Source of the DNA: a virus
Length of the DNA: 64,000 nt
Strand: one strand, 5' to 3'
IMG/VR virus record: IMGVR_UViG_3300029206_000002
Shown here: positions 52,983 through 64,000 of the stretch, piece by piece
Layout: each line of letters opens with the position of its first letter
Numbering within the stretch: position 1 is the stretch's first letter
The notes under the pieces: generated by a model
Seen by the model: the letters and a program-made list of their open reading frames with translations, nothing else
Databases searched by the model: none
What the model was told of the DNA's origin: nothing
Position numbers and translations under genes: made by a program

Positions 52983-54449
52983 ATGGATAATAATATTCTT
53001 AATAACCTCCAATTATACAAAGGTAAATGGTTTTCTGATTTGATCGACACTAATAAGATTAGTCTCGCTTCTCAGCAAAGACCTTATGAGGTATCTACTA
53101 TCCTGTCATACGTATTTGGTACTAAAGATAATGGTTACAGTACTTCTCTTGATATGTTGACAGGTGGTCTTGGAAATGTAATGACTATTGATCAGCCTTC
53201 ATTTGAATGGGGTGTTATGATCGACCAAGATAGAGCTGTTACAATTCGTGACGCTAAATGGAATGGTGCTGCAATTAATGAAAATTCTACTCCAGGTTTG
53301 GGTAATACACCTATCACTTTGTGGTTGGAAGATGCATGGTTTGGTCCTGGTGCTACTATCGAATTTGATGATAAGAGTCAAGCACGTATTCAGGACGCTC
53401 CGTATCAAGATGGCAATCTGTATGTTTATACAGTATTTGTATCTAATGGTAGTCCCGCTTCTTATATTGACCCGGCTGTTTTAGCTTCTGGTTGCCAAGT
53501 AAACCGTTTGGCTTCTGCTTATGAAGAATACAGTGAAGAGGCTGATATCCTGAATTACAATACTCACTTCAAGATGCGTAACTATTTGACTACAGTACGT
53601 CTGTCTTATGATATCACAGGTTCTGCTTACTCTACAGTTATGGCAGTAGCTTTGAAAGATCCTAAGACTGGTAAAACTTCTTACTTGTGGTCTACATTCC
53701 AGGAATGGGTTGCAATGCGTGAGTGGTACAAACGTCTTGAAAGAGCTTTGGTATACAATCAGAACAACGTAAACAAAGATGGTTCTTGTAATCTGAAAGG
53801 TAAAAATGGTCGTCCTGCATTTATTGGTGCTGGTTTGTTGGAACAGATTGCTCCATCTAACAGACGTTACTACACTCGTTTGACAGCTGAATTGTTGGAA
53901 GACTTCTTGTTTGACCTGTCTTACAATGTATTGGGTACTAATGAACGTAAGTTCGTTGCCTTGACTGGTGAAATGGGTATGCGTGAATTTGACCGTGTAC
54001 TTAAAGAAAAGATGGCTAACATGAACTTGATTGACACAGTATTCGTAACTGGTTCTGGTGATAATTTGAAGTTTGGTGGTCAGTTTAAGACTTACGCAAT
54101 GTCTAATGGTATTGAATTGACTTTGAAGTATTTCCCGTTGTATGACAATACTACTTACAATCGTCAGTTGCATCCTGTTACTTTGAAACCGTTGGAGTCT
54201 TACCGTATGACATTCTTGGATTTGGGTCGTCGTGATGGTGAAGCTAACATTGTTAAAGTAGTTCGTAAAGATCGTGAATTCGTTAACTGGTGTACAGCTG
54301 GTTCTGTAACTCCTGCTGGTTACGCTCACTCTAACACAGAAGTTCGTTCTAACGCTAAGGATGGTTACTCAGTACACTTCTTGGGTGAAGTAGGTATTAT
54401 GTTACGTGATCCTAGGGCATGTGGAGAATTGATCATGATGGCTGAGTAA
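52983..54449 (+). CDS. putative major capsid protein (488 aa), TAG-free
   Basis: Largest TAG-free ORF in the late block, with higher GC and a hairpin at 54466-54493 after it. Size and position fit a crAss-like MCP. No motif confirmation was possible. Confidence 0.5.
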   Translation: MDNNILNNLQLYKGKWFSDLIDTNKISLASQQRPYEVSTILSYVFGTKDNGYSTSLDMLTGGLGNVMTIDQPSFEWGVMIDQDRAVTIRDAKWNGAAINENSTPGLGNTPITLWLEDAWFGPGATIEFDDKSQARIQDAPYQDGNLYVYTVFVSNGSPASYIDPAVLASGCQVNRLASAYEEYSEEADILNYNTHFKMRNYLTTVRLSYDITGSAYSTVMAVALKDPKTGKTSYLWSTFQEWVAMREWYKRLERALVYNQNNVNKDGSCNLKGKNGRPAFIGAGLLEQIAPSNRRYYTRLTAELLEDFLFDLSYNVLGTNERKFVALTGEMGMREFDRVLKEKMANMNLIDTVFVTGSGDNLKFGGQFKTYAMSNGIELTLKYFPLYDNTTYNRQLHPVTLKPLESYRMTFLDLGRRDGEANIVKVVRKDREFVNWCTAGSVTPAGYAHSNTEVRSNAKDGYSVHFLGEVGIMLRDPRACGELIMMAE

Positions 54450-54525
54450 TTCAGTTAAAAAATATTAGGGGCTTGAATGCTAGCGAGCCCCTATAATACT
54501 AACTTGATAATCTAATTTTATAATT

Positions 54526-55278
54526 ATGGAAGTAATCGTTAGAATGACAAAAGTAAATCCTTGGACAGGATTGATTAAATGGTCTAACTGCTTTGATTTT
54601 ATTAGTTCTTACTGGACTAGATCTGGTAGTAGATACACTGGTTTAAAAGCAGACAAAGCTAGAGAACTAGAACAGAAAATGGGTAAAGCTGAAGGAGAAT
54701 TAGATCCTGATAGCACATTTTGGGATACATTTGCAATTAAGATTGGTAAGAAAGAATTAGTAATTAATACTGATAGACCTGAAGGAGAATTGCAATATTT
54801 ATTCCTATTAGGACATAAGAGAGTAGCAAATGGCATTGATAAAGTAACTCCATCTACTGATTATGTACTTATAAATAAAGAAGCTGAAGCAGAACAAATT
54901 AATAAAGCTAACAAAGTTAAACGTGATGCTTATAGAGCATTAGATAAGATGAGTCTTGAAGATATGCGCAAATGTCTTAGACTTCTTGGAATTAAAGCTG
55001 ACACTATGTCTAATGAATTGGTTGAAGCTAGACTTGGTGAAAACGTAGAAGCTGATCCAGCAAGATTTATTAGAATTTGGGTAGATAATCCTAATAAAGA
55101 AATTAACTTTGTAATTGAAGAAGCTTTAAGTAAAAATATTATTCGTAAGAACAGAGCATCATATTACTTTGGTACTGATCTTATTGGTAACGGTCTTGAA
55201 GATGTAATTGCATATTTGAAAGACAAAAAGAATCAAGATATTTACTTAAGTATTATGTCTGAAATAAAATCTAAATAA
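54526..55278 (+). CDS. late structural protein (250 aa), TAG-free
   Basis: Intact ORF directly after the MCP. Confidence 0.5.
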   Translation: MEVIVRMTKVNPWTGLIKWSNCFDFISSYWTRSGSRYTGLKADKARELEQKMGKAEGELDPDSTFWDTFAIKIGKKELVINTDRPEGELQYLFLLGHKRVANGIDKVTPSTDYVLINKEAEAEQINKANKVKRDAYRALDKMSLEDMRKCLRLLGIKADTMSNELVEARLGENVEADPARFIRIWVDNPNKEINFVIEEALSKNIIRKNRASYYFGTDLIGNGLEDVIAYLKDKKNQDIYLSIMSEIKSK

Positions 55279-55955
55279 TGACTAGAGAACAATTTCACTC
55301 ATATTTTAAAGTAGCAATGGACAAGAACTCTCAAAGCGTAGCCTTTGGGGGTTGTCCTGCTTTCTTACCAGAAGAAATAGATTACTGGTTAGATCAAGGT
55401 TTATACCAAGAAATCAGTAATAAGTTTACTGGTAATAACTACTTAAAGACTAGCTTTGAAGGATCTGTAAAACGTATTCACGATTTAGAAAAATTAGTAC
55501 GTACAGATGTTAACGTTGTTGCTAATACTGAAACAAATTCAAATAGATGTTATGTTACTAACTTATTCAATGGTGACAGAATGTTCTTTGTAGATGCAGT
55601 GTTAAACTTCAATAGTAACAAAGCTACTATAAAATTAATAGATCATTCTGACGCTACTAAGTTCAAGAAGACTTACAATAACAATCCTTGGATAGAAGAT
55701 CCAGTAGCTGTAATAGAAGATAATACTCTATATATCTATTATGATTACTTAGCTATGAGTAGTAATAGCTATTCTGTAGATATTACCTATGTTAAGTTTC
55801 CTACTAAGATAGAAGACTTACCAGCTGAAGGTATGAGTGAAATACCAGAGTATATGTAGTTTGAAGTAATTAACAGAGCTGTAGAACTAGCATTAGAAGA
55901 TATTGAGTCTAAGAGAATATAGACTAAATCACAGTTAAACCAAATAGATGAATGA
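55278..55955 (+). CDS. late structural protein (225 aa), TAG read as sense
   Basis: Track ORF 55278..55859 continues through 2 TAG to TGA 55953-55955. Confidence 0.5.
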
Positions 55956-55957
55956 TT

Positions 55958-56692
55958 ATGACAAATCGTGGATTTCAAATCGAGTTTGAACGTAGGCTAT
56001 AGTTAATGGATCCTAATTTAGTTATTAAGGATAAGCTATCCTCAGACACTATTATATCATTCATTAATGAGGCAATTGATAAATTTTATAAAACAAGATA
56101 CTCAGGTATTAACTTTAAAGCTCAAGGATTTGAGTAGACAGAAAAGCGTATAGATGATTTGCGTACTTTAGTTCGTAAAAAGAACTATTCTAACACTTAG
56201 ATAATTAAAGGAGTTAGAAACTCATACTCAGTAGAATTACCAGATGATTATGTATTATTACTTGGAGATACTGCTGGTATACAGCCGAGTGATGAATATC
56301 CTAACGAATGCTGGGAAAAAGACGATTTAGGTGCATATATAGTTAAGTATACAGATACGTTAGAATCTACGATTGAAACATTAGATAGACAATTAAGTAA
56401 TTCACTATCTGAACACAAATTAAAATATTGTCAAGCTAGACCTTTAAAGTTAATTCAAGATAATAATGTAATATTATACACAGACGGTAAATATAAAGTA
56501 AGTGAATATGAGATTACATACTTAGCTAAGCCATCTAAAATTAATTCAAGTAATATTACTAATACCGAATATACAGATTTGCCAGAACATACACATATGG
56601 AAATTGTGAAAATGGCAATCTAGATTTATCTTGCTACTAAACCAATGTAGCACTATAATGCTTATTCCAACGAAATTGCTTCAATGGAATAA
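55958..56692 (+). CDS. late structural protein (244 aa), TAG read as sense
   Basis: ATG 55958 to TAA 56690 with 5 in-frame TAG. Confidence 0.5.
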
Positions 56693-56798
56693 CAAATAAA
56701 TTAATGCGTTTGTCTGACCTGGAAATCTGAAATAAGGAAAGTAGAAGGACAAACTAGACTAGCGCTAAGTCTAACAATTAATTATTTTTATATAAACT

Positions 56799-57779
56799 AT
56801 GATTACACGCGTTGATACCGTATTAATCGGAAAGAAATGCCCTACAGCCTATACTACTGTAGATGCTTTGGCTAAAGGGGACGTTGCTTTATTTGACTAG
56901 AATAAAGCACTAATTACAACTGCTGCTAATGCAGTAAATGCATCTACTGTTTATGTAGGTGTAGCTGGGGATAATATGACAATTACTCTGCCCAACGGTA
57001 CTACTGCAACAAAGAGAATGGTAGAATACTCTAACGCCATTCAAAAAGCTTCTAAACCTTCGTATGTACAAGGTGATTATGTTGCACCAGTTCAAGAGAA
57101 AATCGAAATTGATTTAACTAGTGCTACTGTTGTTATCGGTCACAGATATGTTTTACGCATTGTTTATAAAGACTTATATGAAGCTCCAGGACAGTTTACT
57201 CATACTTATGAAGTAATTGCTTCAACTGAGACTGCTGATGATTTGGGAAATGCACTTTTAGCTAAAATTAACAAACACGCTAATCGTAGAGTAAGTGCTA
57301 CATTTGCAAGTCATAAGTTAACTTTAACTGCAATGGAAAAAGATGACAATGAAGGAGTCAATTCTTTGAATGAATACTCTGTAGTTTCTATGGAAGCTTC
57401 TCTGTACGTTACTATTCCTGGTGCATTATTGTCTAATGTTCCTGAAGCAGTTCCTGGTGCAACTATTACTAAGACTGCTGGTAAACCTGGTAAAGGTTAC
57501 TGGAAACAGGTACGTGATATGGAAGTACGTATGTTGGGTTATAAGGGTCATGTATTCACAGATGCGTATCCTGCAATTGAACCAAAACGCAATGTTGAAG
57601 AAGGTTCTACATACGATTACTTTACTATTGAAAATGATAATCTGTATTTGAGTCCTGATAATCAGTATATTAAGACTACTCCGTTGACTACAGAAGTATA
57701 TATTGAACACAATGCTACTAATAAAACTTCTGTATTCGCTAAGGCTCTTGAGGCATTTATTACAGGTGAAGCAGAATAA
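56799..57779 (+). CDS. abundant late structural protein (326 aa), one in-frame TAG
   Basis: ATG 56799, TAG at 56898, then continuous with track ORF 56976..57779. Higher GC, and a strong terminator follows. Confidence 0.5.
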
Positions 57780-57803
57780 TACACGGTTTCTTTATTTAAA
57801 CCC

Positions 57804-57845
57804 AGGCGAGGTTGAGGTTTATCCTCGGCTTCGCCTTTTTAATTT
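57804..57845 (+). terminator. strong rho-independent terminator
   Basis: AGGCGAGGTTGAGG-tttat-CCTCGGCTTCGCCT followed by TTTTT. Confidence 0.75.
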
Positions 57846-57854
57846 TTTGTAGAT

Positions 57855-58388
57855 ATGAAAATAATTAATGCAACATTAAAGAACGATACTATAACTATAA
57901 CTTTAGATGCTAAGGCTAATGTACATAAGATTTATCTAGATTCAATAATAAATCAAAAGAATATGTATTCTGATGAAGATGATAAACACACTCATGTAAT
58001 ATCTGACTTTGTTGCTTAGGATAATACTGTTATTGTTGATATTACTGAGTATAATGAAACTTCTTTTATAGTAAGCGTTCTTACATCAGAGGGTAATAGA
58101 GATGAAGCTATAGCAATAGATCAGAATGAATTATATTTAGCTAAAGTAAATCTACTTACTACATATTGTAATACATGTTTAGATAAACATTAGAAGCATA
58201 TAATAATGATGTGTGATTTTAGATCATAGTTATTGTAGTATGCTTTAGAGCACAATCTTACTAAAGACGCTATTGAACATTACATAGATCTTAGTAGAAT
58301 GTTAGGTATGATAGATTATCATAATTGTAGTAAGTGCCTATCTCCTAATAAAGTGTGTAAATGTTGTAATGGTATGTGTGCGCTATGA
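57855..58388 (+). CDS. late protein (177 aa) with C-terminal Cys cluster, TAG read as sense
   Basis: 4 in-frame TAG; ...CSKCLSPNKVCKCCNGMCAL; ends in TGA, which overlaps the next ATG. Confidence 0.45.
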
Positions 58389-58924
58389 TAAAAGAAGAAT
58401 ATAAAAATGGATGCAGATTGAAAGAATAGGTAAAGTATAACATTGATTATGATGATTGCCAAATTCTTAATCTAACCTGTGCTAATTACATATATGATTT
58501 AGTATAGGAATCTTCTAAATATGAAACAAAATTAGAAGACATTAAAAAGATGTTATATATGATAGAAAAGTTATTAGGACACGAAGTACAATATGATATT
58601 CCAGAATATCATGGAGATAATAAAAAATGTTATTTTGGTGTAGTATCAGATAATTTTGTTATTAATGAAGATAATATAAAACAATTAGATTATGTACTAC
58701 AAGATACAAAAGAATTTGTTAAAAGCTTTAGTACTGATTATCAAAAGATATTATATTGTTATCCTAATGAATTTGGAGATATAAATAGCATAAAAGATCA
58801 AAATCAATTTGAGATAAAAGAGTCATTTTAGAGGAATGCTGTAACTATAGATGGTATATTATATAATGTATATATACTGAAAGACGCATCCACAGTAGAT
58901 AATTATAAAATATATTTTATATGA
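58385..58924 (+). CDS. late protein (179 aa), TAG read as sense
   Basis: ATGA overlaps at both ends; 3 in-frame TAG. Confidence 0.45.
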
Positions 58925-61900
58925 TACAGGTAGCTGATAATTTTAACTATAGAGGAAAAAAGCCTAACTTTGATAGAGATAGTTTTGATACATTGTAGGA
59001 TATGAAGAACTATTCTGAAAATAGTTTAGATGATGGTCATATATCTTATTGTAAAGAAACTGATAAACATTATAAGTTTAATTCTAATAATCAGTCAGAT
59101 CCTACTACTGGTAAATGGGTAGAATAGCACGAAGCTGTTCCAGCTGATGAAGAAGATATAACTGAACAAAATGGCACTCTATAGTTAGCAAATAAAACTT
59201 ATGATAAACAGTCTTTCAGTGGTTTGGGTAGAGTATATCTAAGAAAGAATATAGTAGGTGATAAGAATGTTCTTACTTAGGCTATGATCAATAAAGCTAA
59301 TACTATATATGTTATTCAGTATGATTATGATTTAAAAGAAGCTAGTATAAATATTCCGGAAAATTGTGTTTTATAGTTTGATGGTGGAAGTTTGAGTAAT
59401 GGTACAATTGTAGGTAATAATACTAAGATTAAAACTGAATTAGAAAAGATATTTAACAATATAACTATAGACGGAGATTGGAACGTAGTTGAAGCACACC
59501 CAGAATGGTTTGGAGCACTACCAGATGGAATATATGATTGCACAGATGCTATATAGAAAACTATTAATAGTTTTGATGTTACTAAGCTAAATAACGGAGT
59601 TTATTTTATAAATGGTACTATTCAGTTAAGGAGTCATGTAGTTATATTTGGAGAAAAAGGTAAAACTACTATAAAATCTCCAGTAACTAAAGAATTTGAT
59701 GTAAATGATTTACCAGATGCAAATACTCTTCCCTACGTTTTTTATTCTGAGAAAGCTGTAAAAGTTTTATTTAAAGGCATTTCTTTTATGCTTGGCGATT
59801 ATTACAACGGTATAGGTTTTAAACAGACCGTTAACGGTAATACAGATGAATGGGATGCTAAAATATACATAGATAATTGTCATTTTGAGCATGGGTATAG
59901 AGCTGTAAGTATTGAAAGGACCTATAGAGAATGTAGAATAATAGATTCTATTTCATATTACGCATGTGGTGACTATGCTTTTTTTATGGAAGGAACCGAT
60001 AATTCTATTCATAACAGTACGGTTGGGAGTTGTCAACAAGGAGGTATTTATTTATCTCAAAATTCAAGAATATCTAATTGTAAAGTTTTTATTGCTAATA
60101 AAGCTTGGAGATATAAATATGATGATGTTACTCCTAGAAGTAAATACGCAGTTTATATAAGTGGTAGTTATTGTAATGTAACAGGTCTAGATATATAGCA
60201 AAATTGTGCTAATGGTATTTATATAGAAGGGCATGATAACTATGTTCAAGCTATTTTAAACGCTAATGGGTATTAGAGAGATAAACAGTCGTCAGTATTA
60301 TGTGCAAATGCTGTTTTAAAATGTAGTAATAGCATACTATTATTCACTTCAACTACAGGTTTTTTAAATAGTTATGTATCGCACTATTTATATTCTATTG
60401 GGAATCCAGCTTATGCAGTTAAAGGTAATTATATAAATATAAATACTCACGATGAACCTGGTGAAAATACACCTTATGTATTAAGTAACTTTTCAGCCTT
60501 TAATAGTATAATATTTAATGGAGTAAATATAACTAAAAATCATAATTTACCAGATGATTTCGTTAAAAATAATATTCATTCTGATAATGTATCTAAAGGA
60601 GAAAGAATGTATGTTACAGTTAATTCTGGTAAAACTGTTTCTTTTGATTTAGACGTTACAACTTTTATTACACAATATACTGTTGTACATCAATATCTAA
60701 CTTTTATGATTAATCCATCATTAGCAATAGTAGACACTCCTTTATATGAAGTAGGTAAATACAAATTGATAATAACTATTAATGATGTAGATTATATTTT
60801 AAAATCAGATATATTTTAGAATGGATTAGTATCAATAGAATCTATTAAATATTTATATGATATAATACCAGATCCAAAAGATTCGCAATGTAAGTTAAGG
60901 TATGAATTAACAAATACTAGTGATTCAGCTGTAAATATAGCAATTGATTATCCTATAATCGAGATATACAAAAACAATACTGGCTATGGTAGTAGTTATA
61001 AAACTAATATTATTCCAACTGATTTAAGTAAAGATTTTTGTAAGGACAACAAGGGTATTTATGGAAAAGTAGGGAATAACACATATGACATTAACTTAGG
61101 AATTGTTAGATTTAATAATGCTGCTTCTGATTCTTCAGAATCTTATGAATATATCAAAATAACTAAAATTCCTACAAGTGGTTTTACTTTTTTATATTCA
61201 ACATATAACATATTAAGTAAGTATTCTCTGTTATATTTAGATAATAAATTGTATATATTATCTGATGTATATGATACTGGCAATGATTCTTTTCTGAATA
61301 TAAAATATTTATTTGATTCTATATCTTATACATTAGATATTTATATTAAAGTTCCAACAAAATATGGAAAATTAATAGTTAGAGATACTAAATGGGCTAA
61401 TCTTAATACTTATTAGTGGTATTCTAAAAATACAGATCCATATCCATCAGAAGCCGTTGATGCTGAATTTATTTCTTCTAATGTACTTACTTTACCAAAT
61501 ACTTTAATTGGTACAAAAACATATGATAAATTTGGCAATGAATTAACTTGGTCTAAATCCGATTGGCTAAATCCAGACGGGTCTCTAGTTACAAAAGTTA
61601 TTTTTGCAAGCAAATTAAATGATTTTACTAAAAATAACACTATATATAATATTGTTAGATATATAGATTTAAAAGGAGAAACTCTTACTATTCCTGAAAA
61701 CAGTGTACTTAATTTTATCGGAGGCGCCATTGGAAATGGAACTATAATTGGAAATAAAACTAAAGTCATAAATCTAAATGTTGATAGAATTATTTTATCA
61801 GGTACTTGGTTTGATTCAGGAATTACTTCTAATAGACCTACTAACGTTTTAGTAGGATTTCAATACTTTGATACTACTGTAAACAAACCAATTTTTTGGG

Positions 61901-61941
61901 ATGGATCTAAATGGGTAGATGCTACAGGAGCTACTGTATAA
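58921..61941 (+). CDS. tail fibre/tailspike-like protein (~1006 aa) with beta-helix-type repeats, TAG read as sense
   Basis: Single frame from ATG 58921 to TAA 61939 with about 12 in-frame TAG. Repeated NGTIVGNNTKI and GGAIGNGTIIGNKTKV motifs typical of right-handed beta-helix (pectate-lyase-like) tailspikes. Confidence 0.5.
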
Positions 61942-61959
61942 CAATAAAATAATTAAGAT

Positions 61960-64000
61960 ATGGCATAGTATGCAACTAAAGATGAATTAAATGAACTCAC
62001 AGGATTAGTAAGAACATTGTAGGGTAATGTATAGACTCTAGATACTAGTGTTGGTGAGCTTGATACATTAGTTGAAAGAATTAATCATTTAGCTACTCTT
62101 AAAGATGTCACTATTACTTATATTACAGAAGGAGATTTACTGTAGTATGCTAGTGATGGTACATGGCACAATATCCAACCATCAGCATTAGGTATTGGTG
62201 GTGGTGAAGGCGGTGGTGTAGTAGATACTTCTGTAGTAAAAGCTTTGATTAAATCTGAAGGTAGTAAGCTGTTTATAAGTAAACTATATGATGATGTATC
62301 TTCAGGTATAATTACTTTCAACGGTGGTTTAAGAAGTAATAAAATGACTTATCTAAATCAAGGAGTTTAGATGGGTACTTTTGTTACTGGTATGATTGGT
62401 GGTACAGGTGCTCAAATAGATAAAGATGGTAGAGGAGAAATGACCAGCCTTATTCTTAGAGAGTTCTTAGAAGTACCGGAATTAAGATTTAATAAGATAG
62501 ATGTAGTAAGTGGTGAGCTATGGAATTCAATTGCATTTGGTACAGTTGAAGATGTAGATCTAGTTAACCAAATTGTTACATTAAAATTAGAAGATGGTGA
62601 GTATAGTGGTATACATGTAAATGATATATGTAGAGGTATATTCCATAATTTTGATGGAGTTAATAATACTGAAACTGGTACTGACGATTGTGGGTTTGAT
62701 AAAGTACAAGGATTCTCTACAGCTTATTTTACACCTATAGAAGTACTAGATGCTAGAGGTAAACAGTTTAGGTATTCATTAAAACAAGGTACTACACAGC
62801 ATCCTTGTAAGGCAATGAAGTTTGCCGTTTATGGTAACTTTACTGATGAAACTAGAAGATCTAGTGCTTATGCTACTCGTACATATAAACGATATTTAAA
62901 GGATGTAAATACTTGGGCTCTGAACTATACTAATATAGCTTCACAGTTTGGTAACCTAAACGGTCTTACTATACCAGGTGCTCCTAATAATGGTCAATTA
63001 CAAGGTGATGGTGCATACTTGACTAATGTATATATGACTGGTTCTATTATTGAATTTACACCAGAATAGTTAGACCAATTACATGGACAAGATGCTTACG
63101 CTGTTTCACTTAGTAGTGAGTTTGGTACAGTAATTGTAGATAATGAATTTAACATTATTGAAGATTATAACCAAACCAAATCTCTTACTTTTGCTGTACA
63201 AGCTTGGAAAGGTAAAACAGAATTAACATATAGTACAGTATATAATGAAGGAAGTTACTTTGTAGAGTATACTCCAACAGGTGTAGAATGTACTATGCAA
63301 GATGGTGTATTCAAAGTAACTAAGATAACTAATATCAATGATATGCGAATTGATTTAGTTATTAACTGTGAAGGAGCTATATCAGTAAATAGAAGATACA
63401 ATATGAGTTACCAACTTGAAGCTAACGGATTGTGGGTAACTTATAATGATAATGATGCTACACCAGATAGACCTGTTGGTGATGGTACTTCTTATGGATG
63501 GCATAGAAACTATACAGCTTCAGCAATTTGGATGTCTACTAAGAGTTCTCGTAAAGTAGATGAAGGAGAGTGGGGAGATCCGAATAGATTCCGCGGTGCT
63601 TCAGTAGAAGGTGCTGATGGTCAATACACAGTGTTCTGTTATACTAATTCTAGTGTACAACCACCTAAGCCTACTAGTTCACAAATACCTCCTGTAGATG
63701 ATAACTATACTTGGTACATGTATCCACCTAATAGAGAAACTAAGGAAGTATTTACTTGGATGATTCAAGCTACTGTATATGCAGATAAATCATTATCTGG
63801 TTGGACAGATCCTATTAGACTTACTGGGGAAACAGGTGAAGACGGTTCTGATGGAACTAAGTTAGAATTCATTTACAAAGTAACCAGTGCAAGTGATGCT
63901 CCTGATAAACCAGATACATCTTAGCAAGATGATTATATACCATTTGGTTGGTCAGACAGTCCTCAAGGAGTATCTAAAGATATGATGTATGAGTGGGTAT
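61960..64000 (+). CDS. large tail-associated protein, 3'-partial, TAG read as sense
   Basis: ATG 61960. The frame is shared with track ORFs 62371 and 63295, with in-frame TAG at 61966, 62035, 62143, 62368, 63067 and 63922, and runs past the window end. Confidence 0.5.

Noticed and set aside
53481-54329. 282-aa minus-strand ORF inside the putative major capsid gene
   Set aside because: It is antisense to a well-supported TAG-free plus-strand gene. Its composition is Ser/Thr/Cys/Phe-rich and non-protein-like, so it is a shadow ORF.
1-64000. CRISPR array, integrase/attachment site, or transposon
   Set aside because: No spacer-repeat architecture, no tyrosine or serine recombinase motifs and no IS-like inverted repeats were seen. 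The tRNA-fragment-like elements are not accompanied by an integrase.

Overview
This 64 kb window is an AT-rich tailed-phage genome segment with crAss-like (Crassvirales-type) gene content and three blocks. The first block is a minus-strand early/replication module (about 5.5-37.8 kb) read in the standard code. It encodes a family-B DNA polymerase, a DnaG-like primase, a DnaB-like helicase, several P-loop ATPases, a PD-(D/E)xK nuclease, a metallophosphatase, an ECF-type sigma factor, an SSB-like protein and many small ORFs. The second is a plus-strand block (38.9-43.4 kb) in the standard code, encoding dUTPase, a dATP/dGTP-pyrophosphohydrolase-like protein and a GroES-like protein. The third is a plus-strand late/structural block (43.4-64 kb and 1-5.5 kb) encoding TerL, portal, a putative major capsid protein and very large tail proteins, in which TAG is a sense codon. 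In this third block long reading frames are interrupted only by in-frame TAG, and every gene ends in TAA or TGA. An amber-suppressor tRNA with anticodon CUA sits at 44256-44330, at the head of the recoded block and next to an HNH endonuclease and the large terminase. The TAG-recoding/suppressor-tRNA arrangement is the most notable system in the window. Secondary observations: a family of hairpins with a conserved loop, several repeat-bearing ORF-free regions (a 2.1 kb one and a divergent switch region with iteron-like repeats), a gene with an in-frame TGA, tRNA-Ile and tRNA-3'-half-like elements. All functional calls come from reading motifs in the supplied translations and sequence; no database searches were possible.
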